Shown piece by piece: positions 24,614 through 33,930 of a stretch of 64,000 bases of DNA; the stretch's first letter is position 1; the number at the start of each line of letters is the position of its first letter. The stretch covers positions 448,001-512,000 of the forward strand of contig CAXXWQ010000002.1 in the NCBI GenBank assembly GCA_963674945.2, read 5' to 3'. The notes under the pieces are model-generated. The model was not told the origin of the DNA, did no database searches, and saw nothing but the letters and a program-made list of their open reading frames with translations. Position numbers and translations under genes: made by a program. This DNA comes from an uncultured Desulfosarcina sp. (GTDB lineage Bacteria > Desulfobacterota > Desulfobacteria > Desulfobacterales > Desulfosarcinaceae).

Positions 24614-27600
24614 GGATCTTCGCCAGGATGGCCGGCAGCGTCAGACAGTGAACAAAGGGCCCATCGCCTGGATGGCCGGCAACGGCGTCGCCGCGAATCT
24701 GTTGATGCTTGTCTTTCTCGTAGGCGGCCTGATCTATGCCGGTGACATCAAGAAGGAGGTGTTTCCCGATTTCGAGCTGGATTTCGTTACCATCGTCGTC
24801 CCCTATCCCGGTGCCAGTCCCGAAGAGGTGGAAAGAGGCGTGATCCTGTCCATCGAGGAGGCGGTAAGCGGACTCGACGGCATCAAGGAGATTACTTCCA
24901 CCGCCAATGAGGGATCGGGGACCATCCTCGTGGAGATCATCGAAGGCGAAAATATCCAGCGGATCGCCCAGGACATCCAATCCGAGGTGGACCGTATCAC
25001 CTCCTTTCCCGAGGAGGCGGAAGAACCCCAGGTGACCATCGCCCAGCATAAGCGCAGCGTGGTTTCCCTGGCCCTTTACGGCGGCCAGGAGGATAAGGTG
25101 CTTCGGGAAACGGCGGAGCAGGTGAGAGACCTACTGCTTCAGTCACCAACCATTACCCAGGTGGATTTTTCCGGAACCCGGGATTTCGAAATCGACGTTT
25201 CGGTGCCCCAGGCCAACCTTCGCGCATACGGATTGACGTTGGAACAGATCGCCCAGACGATCCGAAGGGCTGCCGTGGAACTGCCCGGCGGCGCCATCAA
25301 GACAGAGGGCGGCGACGTGCTGGTACGAATGAAGGAGCGCCGCGACTATGGCCGCGAATTTGGCCAAATTCCCATCATCACCAGCAACACGGGCACTCAG
25401 ATCCTGCTCTCCGACATCGCCCACATCACCGACGGATTCGAGGATACCGACAATTTCGCCACCTACAACGGTTTTCCCGCCATCCTCATCGATGTCTACC
25501 GTGTGGGTGACCAGACTCCCATCGAAGTCTCCGAGGCCGTCCATGAAAAACTGGTGGAGATCAATGCGGACCTGCCGCCGGGGATCCATTTGGATGCACG
25601 AAACGACCGTTCGGACATCTACAAACAGCGAATGGATTTGATGCTGCGGAACGGATACCTGGGCCTTTTCCTGGTTTTCATCTTACTGGCAATTTTCCTC
25701 GAGCTGCGGCTCGCCATTTGGGTAAGTCTGGGTATTCCCATTTCCATCCTCGGATCCCTCTTTTTTCTTCCCATGGCAGGTGTCAGCATCAACATCATCT
25801 CCATGTTCGCCTTTATCGTCACCCTGGGTATCGTCGTGGATGATGCCATCGTGGCCGGTGAGAACATGTTTCACCACCACCAGAAGGGCAAATCGTGGTA
25901 CGTGGCCGCCGTGGACGGGGCGAGGGAAGTCGCAAAGCCGGTGACCTTTTCCGTGTTGACCAATATGGTGGCCTTTGCCCCCCTCTTTTTCGTGGCTGGT
26001 TTCATGGGAAAGGTCTTTCGGCAGGTTCCGGTCGTGGTCATCGGCGTCTTTGCCATTTCCCTGATCGAAAGCCTTTTTATCCTGCCGGCCCACATCGGCC
26101 ATCAACGAAAAAGCGCACCCACCAGTGGTTTCCTCGGATGGATATTCAATCTGCAGGGTCGGTTCAGTGCCGACTTCATCCGGTTTGTTCACACCCGATA
26201 CGGCCCTTTTCTACATTGGGTGCTGAAGAATCGATATGTTGCGGTAAGCATCAGCGTCGCCGTGTTGATCATCACCTTCGGCTACGTGAAGAGCGGCCGC
26301 ATGGGATTCGAGCTTTTTCCCAAGATAGAATCGGACTACGCAATGGTGACTGCGGTCTTGCCTTACGGCACCGCCGTTCAACGAACAAAGGCGGTCCAGC
26401 AGCGATTGGTCGATGCAGCCAAATCCGTGGCCGATGAAAACGGTGGTGACAAACTGGTGGAGGGAATTTTCGCCAGGATAGAGGCAAACGAGGTTACCAT
26501 ACGGTTCTACCTTACACCACCGGAAGTTCGGCCCATTTCCACTGCCGAAGTTACCCGCCTGTGGCGGGAGCGGGTTGGGTCCATTACAGGCCTGGAGTCC
26601 ATCAAATTCGAATCCGATGCAGGCGGCCCCGGGCGTGGCGCCGCGATCTCCGTGGAACTCAGTCACCGCGACGAGGCGATCCTGGCACGGGCCAGTGAGC
26701 AAGTGGCCCAGGCCCTCGGTTATTTTCCCAATGTCACGGATATCGACGATGGATATTCGCCCGGTAAGCGGCAAATCGATTTCAAGATGCGTCCCGAAGC
26801 CCGCAGTCTGGGCCTTCGCTCCCAGGATATCGCCCGCATTGTGCGAAACGCCTATTACGGCGCCGAAGCCTTACGGCAGCAACGGGGGCGAAACGAAGTG
26901 CGGGTGATGGTTCGGTTGCCCAAAGAGGAGCGAATGTCCGAAGAGCAACTGGAGGAAATGGTGTTGCTGACGCCCGCCGGTACGGAGATTCCACTGATGG
27001 AGGCGGTGACCGTCCAATACGGGCGGGCCTACACGACCATCAACCACAGGAACGGCCGGCGTGTGGTAACCGTCAGCGCCGACGTCCGGCCGAGAAGCAA
27101 GGCGGACCAAGTGATTGAGTCCCTTGTCCGGGAAACCCTTTCCGCACTTACAGAACAATATCCGGGACTGACCTATAGTTTCGAAGGCACGCAGGCGGAT
27201 CGCCGGGAGAGTTTCCAGAGCCTCATGCGGGGACTGATGTTCGCCCTGATCGTCATCTATGCCATGTTGGCCGTCCCCTTCAACAGTTTCGTCCAGCCGT
27301 TGATCATCATGCTGGTGATACCATTCGGCGTCGTCGGCGCGGTAATGGGCCATCTGATCATGGGATTCAGCCTGAGTCTCATGAGCCTTTTTGGCATAGT
27401 GGCACTCTCCGGCGTGGTGATCAACGATTCACTGGTGCTCATCGATTTCGCCAATCGCCAGCGGATAGACGGAGCCGGCAGCCAAGATGCCATTATCCTT
27501 TCCGGCATCAACCGTTTCCGCCCCATTATGTTGACCACCTTTACCACTTTCGGCGGCCTGGCACCCATGATTTTCGAAACCTCCCGCCAGGCACGGTTTC

Positions 27601-27743
27601 TCATCCCCATGGCCCTTTCCCTGGGATTCGGCATTTTGTTCGCTACCCTGATCACCCTCTTGCTGGTGCCATGTCTCTACCTGATCGTGGAGGATGGGAA
27701 AAATCTTTTTCGACTGGTATATGGAGCGCAGGCAAAGCAATGA
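24606..27743 (+). CDS. RND efflux permease (AcrB/AcrD/AcrF family)
   Basis: ATG 24606 overlaps the MFP stop; YPGASPEEVE, LGIVVDDAIV.GEN, GVVINDSLVL, RFRPIMLTT.TT..GL.PM. Confidence 0.95.
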   Translation: MDKDLRQDGRQRQTVNKGPIAWMAGNGVAANLLMLVFLVGGLIYAGDIKKEVFPDFELDFVTIVVPYPGASPEEVERGVILSIEEAVSGLDGIKEITSTANEGSGTILVEIIEGENIQRIAQDIQSEVDRITSFPEEAEEPQVTIAQHKRSVVSLALYGGQEDKVLRETAEQVRDLLLQSPTITQVDFSGTRDFEIDVSVPQANLRAYGLTLEQIAQTIRRAAVELPGGAIKTEGGDVLVRMKERRDYGREFGQIPIITSNTGTQILLSDIAHITDGFEDTDNFATYNGFPAILIDVYRVGDQTPIEVSEAVHEKLVEINADLPPGIHLDARNDRSDIYKQRMDLMLRNGYLGLFLVFILLAIFLELRLAIWVSLGIPISILGSLFFLPMAGVSINIISMFAFIVTLGIVVDDAIVAGENMFHHHQKGKSWYVAAVDGAREVAKPVTFSVLTNMVAFAPLFFVAGFMGKVFRQVPVVVIGVFAISLIESLFILPAHIGHQRKSAPTSGFLGWIFNLQGRFSADFIRFVHTRYGPFLHWVLKNRYVAVSISVAVLIITFGYVKSGRMGFELFPKIESDYAMVTAVLPYGTAVQRTKAVQQRLVDAAKSVADENGGDKLVEGIFARIEANEVTIRFYLTPPEVRPISTAEVTRLWRERVGSITGLESIKFESDAGGPGRGAAISVELSHRDEAILARASEQVAQALGYFPNVTDIDDGYSPGKRQIDFKMRPEARSLGLRSQDIARIVRNAYYGAEALRQQRGRNEVRVMVRLPKEERMSEEQLEEMVLLTPAGTEIPLMEAVTVQYGRAYTTINHRNGRRVVTVSADVRPRSKADQVIESLVRETLSALTEQYPGLTYSFEGTQADRRESFQSLMRGLMFALIVIYAMLAVPFNSFVQPLIIMLVIPFGVVGAVMGHLIMGFSLSLMSLFGIVALSGVVINDSLVLIDFANRQRIDGAGSQDAIILSGINRFRPIMLTTFTTFGGLAPMIFETSRQARFLIPMALSLGFGILFATLITLLLVPCLYLIVEDGKNLFRLVYGAQAKQ

Positions 27744-28390
27744 CAACCTGCCAACGCTGCGGAGCATGCTGTGAAAAAGGCGGCCCGGCACTTCACCAGG
27801 AGGATCGCTACCTGGTTGACGGCGGCCGGGTACCCGCCAGCGCCCTGTTCACCATCCGATGCGGGGAACTGGCCCGGGACAACGTCAAGGGGACCTTGTC
27901 CCCCGTCACCCACGAAATCATCAAAATCAAGGGAAAGCCGGGGCGTTGGACCTGTCTTTTTTTCGAGGACGCGACGAAAGGTTGTGGAATATACGCCGAC
28001 CGGCCACTGGAGTGCCGTGCGTTGAATTGCCGCGACACGCGACAGATCGAACGGGTATACCAACACACCCGGCTGACTCGCAAGGACCTGCTATCCGGCA
28101 TCGAGGGACTCTGGGACCTGATTGTCGATCATGAGACACGCTGCCGTTACAAAGAGATCAGGCGTCTGATGGATCAGGGCAAGGGGAAGGGCAGGCTGAA
28201 ACAGGAGGCGGCCATTTTGGAGATCCTTCGCTACGACCACCAGATTCGTGCGTTGACCGCGCAAAAGGGAGGCATGGAGCCGCAGATGCTGGATTTTATC
28301 TTCGGTCGCCCGCTTTCCCGGACGATCGGGATGTTTGACGTGGAACTTGTGAAGAGGAAGGGGAAATTTCGTCTCGTACCCCGTTTTTAG
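27740..28390 (+). CDS. YkgJ-family CxxCxxCC cysteine-cluster protein
   Basis: MTTCQRCGACC, C.FF.....C.IY..RPLECR; ATGA overlap with the permease gene. Confidence 0.88.
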   Translation: MTTCQRCGACCEKGGPALHQEDRYLVDGGRVPASALFTIRCGELARDNVKGTLSPVTHEIIKIKGKPGRWTCLFFEDATKGCGIYADRPLECRALNCRDTRQIERVYQHTRLTRKDLLSGIEGLWDLIVDHETRCRYKEIRRLMDQGKGKGRLKQEAAILEILRYDHQIRALTAQKGGMEPQMLDFIFGRPLSRTIGMFDVELVKRKGKFRLVPRF

Positions 28391-28450
28391 TGAGGTTCAG
28401 AAAACCTGATCCTATGGACCAAGTCAACGTTCATTGGCTTTGCCGTATGC

Positions 28451-28588
28451 TTGTTATAAGAATCCAGGAGTCAGAATTCAGAATCCAGAATAAGGTACTC
28501 GCCTTCGGCTCAATCCATCATATCAAATCGACGGAGCGAAGCGACATCACATTCATTCTGGCTCCTGAATTCTGGCTTCTGGCTCCTG
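28451..28588 (+). repeat. Dispersed element family B, copy 2
   Basis: TTGTTATAAGAATCCAGGAGTCAGAATTCAGAATCCAGAAT...GGTACTCGCCTTCGGCTC...CGACGGAGCGAAGCGACATC...TTCTGGCTCCTGAATTCTGGCTTCTGGCTCCTG, between convergent genes. Confidence 0.9.
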
Positions 28589-28667
28589 CGGTATCATGTG
28601 TTCGCAATGCATCTCCTTTATGGGGGAGCCCAAAGCCGAGCCCTCTGGCCCCGGATCGATAATTGGA

Positions 28668-29507
28668 TCACTCGTCCAATTCCATTAATCGCGGCTTCTT
28701 TCGATAGAGGACGGGACGCCGGTTGGGGAAGAAGTAGCGCATGCGGTGATTGCGGACATGATCGATTCGATCGGCCGTCAGATCTGCGATCAGCATGCCG
28801 GAATCACCGGACAGCCGGGAATCGATGATCTCCCCGGAGGGAGAGAAAACCACGGCATTTCCGGGAAAGGTCAGGCCGTTTTCGTTGTCGCCGCATTGGT
28901 TGCATGCGATGATGAACAGGCCGTTGTCAAAGGCCCGTGCGGGAAGGTGACGCATCCACGACTGATGTTTGTCTGCCGCCATCCCCCGGGGAGAGGCATG
29001 GGGGATGAAGATCATATCGGCTCCGGCTTTGGCCATGCGCGTCGTCAATTCGGGAAAGTGGGCATCGTAACACAATTGGATGCCGAACAGGATGCCCGCC
29101 CACTGAAATACCGGTACGTGGTTGCCGGGGCTGAATCGATCCCTCTCGGGGGGCGCCAGGTGCACCTTGCGATAGGAACCGGTGCGGCCGTTGGGCGTGA
29201 TCACCATGTGGGTGGCGAACAACCTGCCTTTCGCGTCTTTTTCCGCGAACCCAACCAGTAGTACCAGACCGAGATCATCGGCCAGGCGGATGAGCGCCCC
29301 CGTTTCCGGACCGTCCGCACGGATCGCCCGGTCTGTGATATCCGACCGGTTGCTGTAACCGGTGAGATTGAGCTCCGGGAAGCACACGATTGTCGCACCG
29401 GTTTCTTGTGCCTGTTTCGCCCAGTACCGGGTTCGCTCCAGATTCCGTTCCACCTGGCCTGAAGGGCATCGGCAGACTACCGCGGCGATGCGAACATCTT
29501 TCTTCAT
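28668..29507 (-). CDS. Carbon-nitrogen hydrolase (nitrilase superfamily)
   Basis: Glu-Lys-Cys triad motifs CFPEL, YRKVHL, QLCYDAHFPE; PARAFDN. Confidence 0.92.
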   Translation of the reverse strand: MKKDVRIAAVVCRCPSGQVERNLERTRYWAKQAQETGATIVCFPELNLTGYSNRSDITDRAIRADGPETGALIRLADDLGLVLLVGFAEKDAKGRLFATHMVITPNGRTGSYRKVHLAPPERDRFSPGNHVPVFQWAGILFGIQLCYDAHFPELTTRMAKAGADMIFIPHASPRGMAADKHQSWMRHLPARAFDNGLFIIACNQCGDNENGLTFPGNAVVFSPSGEIIDSRLSGDSGMLIADLTADRIDHVRNHRMRYFFPNRRPVLYRKKPRLMELDE

Positions 29508-29896
29508 AGGCCAATCAACCGGACATCCAGCTTACGGGTCCTGGGGCCGTCAAACTCACAGAAGAAGATGCCCTGCCAGGTGCCAAGCACCAGCTTGCCG
29601 TTTTCCACGGCAATCATCTCGGAACAGCCGATGATGGCGGTCTTCAGGTGGGCCGGTGAGTTCCCCTCCATGTGGCGGTAGTCCGCCTCCCACGGTACGA
29701 TCCGGTTGAGAACGGTAAGGATGTCCCGGCGAACGGCTGGGTCGGCACTTTCGTTTATGGTGACCGCGGCCGTGGTGTGGGGCACGAATACCATGCACAG
29801 GCCGTCTGACAAATTCCCTTCGGTGACCTGTTTCTGGACTATAGCTGTGACGTCGATCATTTCGGTTTGGGAATTGGTTTTTACCGTTAAGCGCAT
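29504..29896 (-). CDS. YjbQ/UPF0047 family protein
   Basis: FVPHTTAAVTINESADP.V..D, Y.H.EGNSPAHLK, LGTWQGIFFCEFDGPR.R. Confidence 0.93.
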   Translation of the reverse strand: MRLTVKTNSQTEMIDVTAIVQKQVTEGNLSDGLCMVFVPHTTAAVTINESADPAVRRDILTVLNRIVPWEADYRHMEGNSPAHLKTAIIGCSEMIAVENGKLVLGTWQGIFFCEFDGPRTRKLDVRLIGL

Positions 29897-29917
29897 GAAA
29901 TTTCCAATCGGCACTAC

Positions 29918-29960
29918 AAAAAAACAAAAAACCCCGCTTGCAAACAAGCGGGGCTTTTTT
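29918..29960 (-). terminator. Intrinsic terminator after dsrC (potentially bidirectional)
   Basis: CCCCGCTTG-CAAA-CAAGCGGGG stem flanked by an A-run and a T-run. Confidence 0.88.
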
Positions 29961-29982
29961 ATTATTCTGATGATTTGGCTGA

Positions 29983-30300
29983 TTAAACGCAGCCGGTGGG
30001 CTTGGGAAGACCCGCCATCTTACAAGCTCCCTTACCCGGTCCTGACGGGAACAGCTCGTAGATGTGTTTCAGTTTGAAGCCGGTAACCTTGGAGAGTACG
30101 CGAACCATGGGAGCGATCCCATTTTTTTCGTAGTACTCGCGAAGAACTGCGACGACTTTCTGATGCTCTTCGTTCAGTTCATCGATACCCTCTTCCTTTT
30201 TCACATACTGAACCCACTCCTGAGACCAGTTTGCGTAATCGTCGATAAAACCGTCTTCATCTACCGTAAAGGTTTTTCCACCAAATTCGACTGTCGGCAT
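29983..30300 (-). CDS. dsrC: DsrC sulfur carrier of dissimilatory sulfite reduction
   Basis: VDEDGFI...LFPSGPGKGACKMAGLPKPTGCV with both C-terminal cysteines (C-X10-C); GGAGG RBS fits ATG 30300. Confidence 0.96.
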   Translation of the reverse strand: MPTVEFGGKTFTVDEDGFIDDYANWSQEWVQYVKKEEGIDELNEEHQKVVAVLREYYEKNGIAPMVRVLSKVTGFKLKHIYELFPSGPGKGACKMAGLPKPTGCV

Positions 30301-30376
30301 TGTACTCATTCCTCCTTTACAAATTTGTTAGTATTTCCGGCGCACTGCCGTTTAAGTTCTGTTATGGAAAAGTTTT

Positions 30377-30405
30377 CTAGTAGCGAATTCATGAATCCAT
30401 GTCAA
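30377..30405 (-). promoter_or_regulatory. Possible sigma70 promoter of dsrC
   Basis: TTGACA-N17-TACTAG on the minus strand; the -10 box is weak. Confidence 0.35.
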
Positions 30406-30466
30406 TACGAAATCGGAAACCAATGAAATAAAAAAGGATCAAATCGTTATTTTTCGATTCGATCGA

Positions 30467-31312
30467 TCAATATTCCCGAGGTGTCCCATTGAGCTGATTC
30501 AGGGTGAATACCGGTCCGTCCTTGCACACCAGTTCCTTGCCGATGCCGCATCGGCCGCACATGCCGAAGCCACACTTCATGCGATTTTCCAGGCTCATGA
30601 TAATGTGATCGTGGTCGTACCCCAATTTTTCCAGCACCGGCTGGGTGAATTTGATCATGATGGGCGGGCCGCACACGATGGCATAGGTATCGTCACCGCC
30701 CTGGGGGGCTTTTTGTTCGGTAATGGGGGGAACGAAGCCCACGTTGTACTTCCAGTTCGGATCATCGGTGCCATCCACGGTGATGTGCATGTTGATGTCG
30801 TCCCGCTTTTCCCATTCCACCAGTTCGTTCTTGTAGAGCAGCATGTTGGGATTTCGAGCGCCGTATACCACGTCGATCTGGCCGAATTTGGATCGATTGG
30901 CCGGATCGAGCATATAGACGATGGAAGAGCGAAGGGTGGTAAAGGCGAATCCACCACCCACGATAAGGATGTTCTTTCCCTCCAGCAGATCCCAGGGATA
31001 GCTATTGCCAAGCGGTCCCCGAATTCCCATGATGTCTCCGACCCTCATTTTGTGCAGGTAGGTGGTGACGACGCCGGCGCGATTGACGGTGAACTTGATG
31101 AACCCCTTTTCAACGGGAGAGGAGGCGATGCCGATGGGAATCTCCCCCGTGCCGGCAATGGAAAGCTCGGCAAACTGGCCCGCCTTATATGAAAATTTTT
31201 CTTCGTCGCCCTCGTTGAGGAAGACGAATTTGAATGTCTTGAGACTCTTGTCTTCGGCCTCGACGGTGATATCGTCGATGCGGACCGGATAGGGTAAATA
31301 CGGATTTTCCAC
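30467..31312 (-). CDS. flxA: FlxA-type FAD/NAD(H)-binding oxidoreductase with a [2Fe-2S] cluster
   Basis: GQFAELSI.G.GE.PI.IASSP, GIRGPLGN, GGGFAFTTLRS, CGPPIM, SLENRMKCGFGMCGRC.....VCKDGPVF. Confidence 0.9.
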   Translation of the reverse strand: MENPYLPYPVRIDDITVEAEDKSLKTFKFVFLNEGDEEKFSYKAGQFAELSIAGTGEIPIGIASSPVEKGFIKFTVNRAGVVTTYLHKMRVGDIMGIRGPLGNSYPWDLLEGKNILIVGGGFAFTTLRSSIVYMLDPANRSKFGQIDVVYGARNPNMLLYKNELVEWEKRDDINMHITVDGTDDPNWKYNVGFVPPITEQKAPQGGDDTYAIVCGPPIMIKFTQPVLEKLGYDHDHIIMSLENRMKCGFGMCGRCGIGKELVCKDGPVFTLNQLNGTPREY

Positions 31313-31327
31313 GTGTCCCTCCCTCTA

Positions 31328-32392
31328 TCAACCCTGCGCGGCGCAGGCATCTGCGGGTTTGAAGCTGTTCATCCGTTCGCATACGCGGCGAATGTCGATG
31401 TTCACCGGACATTGGCGAACGCACCGGCCGCAGCCTACACACATGATGCCCGTTTCGTATTTGTCCACGAAATATTTCAATTTGTGCATGAATCGCTGGC
31501 GGACGCGTTGGGACTTGGTTCCCCGGGGGTTGTGCCCGGTGGTGTGGACGGTGAAGATGGGGAACATGCAGCTGTCCCAGTTTTTCATGCGTACGCCGGA
31601 TTTTCCGTACACCTCGTCCTGAATATCGAAACACCAGCAGGTAGGGCAGGTGAAGGTGCAGGTGCCGCAGTTCAGGCACCCAAAGGCGACATCGTCCCAA
31701 AAAGAGGCGCCATGAAGTTCCAAAAGGTCGGTGTCGGCCAGGTTGTCCGTCTCGACGGTCGAAACGATTTTCCCTTCGGCGGCTTCTTTTCCGGCCATGA
31801 AGGCATCGGCCGATTCGGGACTGCTCCGGTTCCAGCCGGCGACGTCGGCAAATGCCTTTCCCTTTTCGGTCAGGATTTTTGCCAGAAAGGAATCGTCTTT
31901 TTGCATCACCAGAATGTCCAGGCCGTCGGCATTGTAAGGGCCGCATCCGGCACTGGTGCAAAAGCAGGTGGACAGCGGCGTGTCACAGGCCATCCCGATG
32001 AAGGTGGTGGCTTCATAGGCCCTGAGCCAATACGGATCCTTCACGTCCGGCGTGTCGAAGTTGAGCTTGACCAGCTGTGTCGCCTTGGCGTCGCAGGGGC
32101 GAATCCCGACGATGGCGCGAGGAGAATCATCCTTTTCCACCTCCCGCATGATGTGGTGGTCGTCTCGTGACTCGTCCAGCGAATATTCGATAATCGTGTC
32201 GGACTGGGGAAAGAGGAAAGACTTGGGGGAGAGGCGGGTGTTGACCATGTCCAGATCCGGCATCTCACCCTTTTCCAGTACCTTGAACTGGTGGCAATCC
32301 TTTTCCTTGACCGGCCCGATCAGCCGGTAGGTATCGGCGGCGGTCGCCAATCCCTCGGACCATTCGTTTTTGTTTATTGCAACAAGCGTCAT
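31328..32392 (-). CDS. flxB: FlxB-type 4Fe-4S dicluster protein (AsrA/HydB-like)
   Basis: SPKSFLFPQ, GIRPCD, CFCTS, CLNCGTCTFTCPTCWCFD, WDSC, RQRFMHK, CVGCGRCVRQCPV. Confidence 0.88.
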   Translation of the reverse strand: MTLVAINKNEWSEGLATAADTYRLIGPVKEKDCHQFKVLEKGEMPDLDMVNTRLSPKSFLFPQSDTIIEYSLDESRDDHHIMREVEKDDSPRAIVGIRPCDAKATQLVKLNFDTPDVKDPYWLRAYEATTFIGMACDTPLSTCFCTSAGCGPYNADGLDILVMQKDDSFLAKILTEKGKAFADVAGWNRSSPESADAFMAGKEAAEGKIVSTVETDNLADTDLLELHGASFWDDVAFGCLNCGTCTFTCPTCWCFDIQDEVYGKSGVRMKNWDSCMFPIFTVHTTGHNPRGTKSQRVRQRFMHKLKYFVDKYETGIMCVGCGRCVRQCPVNIDIRRVCERMNSFKPADACAAQG

Positions 32393-32464
32393 AGCAGTAA
32401 CCTTTAAGCCTTAGGGGAAATTGCAGTCGGGAGATGGTCTCTTCTGGTAATCATTGTCGATCAC

Positions 32465-33412
32465 CTATTTGATAAAATCCGCCGGATCATTGGGTTGATA
32501 CACATCCATGGCCGGACGTTGATCCAGAGAGAGACCTGCCTCCCATCCATACTGCTCCTGGCAGTCTTTTTCCAGCTTGCGTGTTAGCAGCCGCATGTCG
32601 ATGCCCACCGGGCAGGCCCGCTGACAGGCACCACAATCGGTACATCGGCCGGCGCAGTGATACGCCCGCAAGAAGTGAAATGTCCGCACATCGATGGGAT
32701 CCTGGCTCTTGCCCACCCATTGGGGTTTGGACTCGTCCACGAAACATGTGGGGCAGTAGCAGAGCGGACAGGCGTTTCGGCATGCATAGCAACGGATGCA
32801 CGGCGAGAGAAGGTCGTCGAAAAATTTCCACTTCTCGTCGCTGGACATGGCTTCGATCTCCCGGATATCCGCGTATCGGTCGATATCCGTCTGCTCCGGT
32901 ACCGGATCGGCCACCATCTCGTCGCTGATCACCGGGTTGCGGTGCACACAAAGGGTGCAGTTTTGCTGGAGTACCTCTTTTTTGTCGAACAAGGTCTCCG
33001 CATCGGCGGTCTGGACTTTGATCGTCTCGTCGGTCTCCGATACCGCAACGATTTCTCCGGCCACCAGTCCGGTGATTTTGCGCTTGTCGATCATCCCCGT
33101 GCAGGGAACGCCGATGATGTGCAGCTGATCGCGGCCGATCTTGTTCTCGATGATGTGGTTGACGATGTTGCGGGAATCACAGCCCTTGGCGAAGATGGCG
33201 ATCTTTTCTTTGCGGTCGGTCAGATAGTTCGCAAGGTTGATGCCGCAGTTGCTGTCCCAGACGAGCTGGTCGACGTCATCGGCGCTGGTGATGGAACACG
33301 GCTCGTTCATCATCGGCATCGATCCCTTGCGAAAGCCGATGACCACCGCCACCTGACAATCCTTGAGCAGGCGCCTGGCAATTTCACGGATCTTGTCTGT
33401 ATAAGCAATCAT
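32465..33412 (-). CDS. flxC: FlxC-type 4Fe-4S dicluster protein
   Basis: C..NLANYL, KGCDSR, CIRCYACRNACPLCYC..CF, AYHCAGRCTDCGACQRACP. Confidence 0.88.
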   Translation of the reverse strand: MIAYTDKIREIARRLLKDCQVAVVIGFRKGSMPMMNEPCSITSADDVDQLVWDSNCGINLANYLTDRKEKIAIFAKGCDSRNIVNHIIENKIGRDQLHIIGVPCTGMIDKRKITGLVAGEIVAVSETDETIKVQTADAETLFDKKEVLQQNCTLCVHRNPVISDEMVADPVPEQTDIDRYADIREIEAMSSDEKWKFFDDLLSPCIRCYACRNACPLCYCPTCFVDESKPQWVGKSQDPIDVRTFHFLRAYHCAGRCTDCGACQRACPVGIDMRLLTRKLEKDCQEQYGWEAGLSLDQRPAMDVYQPNDPADFIK

Positions 33413-33413
33413 C

Positions 33414-33845
33414 TCAGGCCACCTTCAGCTTCTTTTTCACGTATTTACGGTTGGGACCGATGGCCCGGACGGCCTCGGTCACTTCTTTGACGACATCGAC
33501 GAACTTGGTCGATTCGGCCGAGGAGATCCAGGAGAAATTGACACGATCCTTTTCGACTCCCATGTGTTCCAACAGGCTGTGCAGGAGGGTGAACCTGCGT
33601 CGAGCATAGTAATTACCTTCCAGGTAATGACATTCGCCCGGATGTCAGCCGGATACCCAGACGCCGTCGGCCCCCTCTCGCAGGGCTCCTAAGACGAACT
33701 TCGGATCCAGCCGCCCGGTACAGGGGATCCGGATCACCCGGATATTGGGAGGATATTGCATTCGGCTGACCCCGGCCAAGTCGGCGGCACCGTAACTGCA
33801 CCAGTTGCATAAGAATGCAACGATTTTCGGTTCCCACTGCGCCAT
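33414..33845 (-). CDS. flxD: FlxD/MvhD-type [2Fe-2S] subunit, selenoprotein (Sec67), 143 aa
   Basis: [15 protein letters not shown]...CTGR.DP...[27 protein letters not shown]...SWISSAE; in-frame TGA at 33645-33647; frame continues to TGA 33414-33416; hairpin ATTACCT-GGA-AGGTAAT at 33612-33628. Confidence 0.92.
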
Positions 33846-33888
33846 TTCGAATTCTCCTTGGGTTTAACGTTTGAAAACAGTCCTTACG

Positions 33889-33929
33889 AGCCTGTTTGAA
33901 AAGTTTGGAACGGATTTTTCATACAGGCT
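33889..33929. repeat. Short inverted repeat (13/14 bp) in the hdrA-flxD spacer
   Basis: AGCCTGTTTGAAAA ... TTTTCATACAGGCT. Confidence 0.7.
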
Positions 33930-33930
33930 T

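Noticed and set aside
28390..28662. Small ORFs over dispersed repeats (28390-28662, 44840-45022, 62072-62278, 10742-11017, 23014-23295)
   Set aside because: They are translations of the repeat elements (for example IQESEFRIQN, DGFVKSP) with no independent coding evidence.
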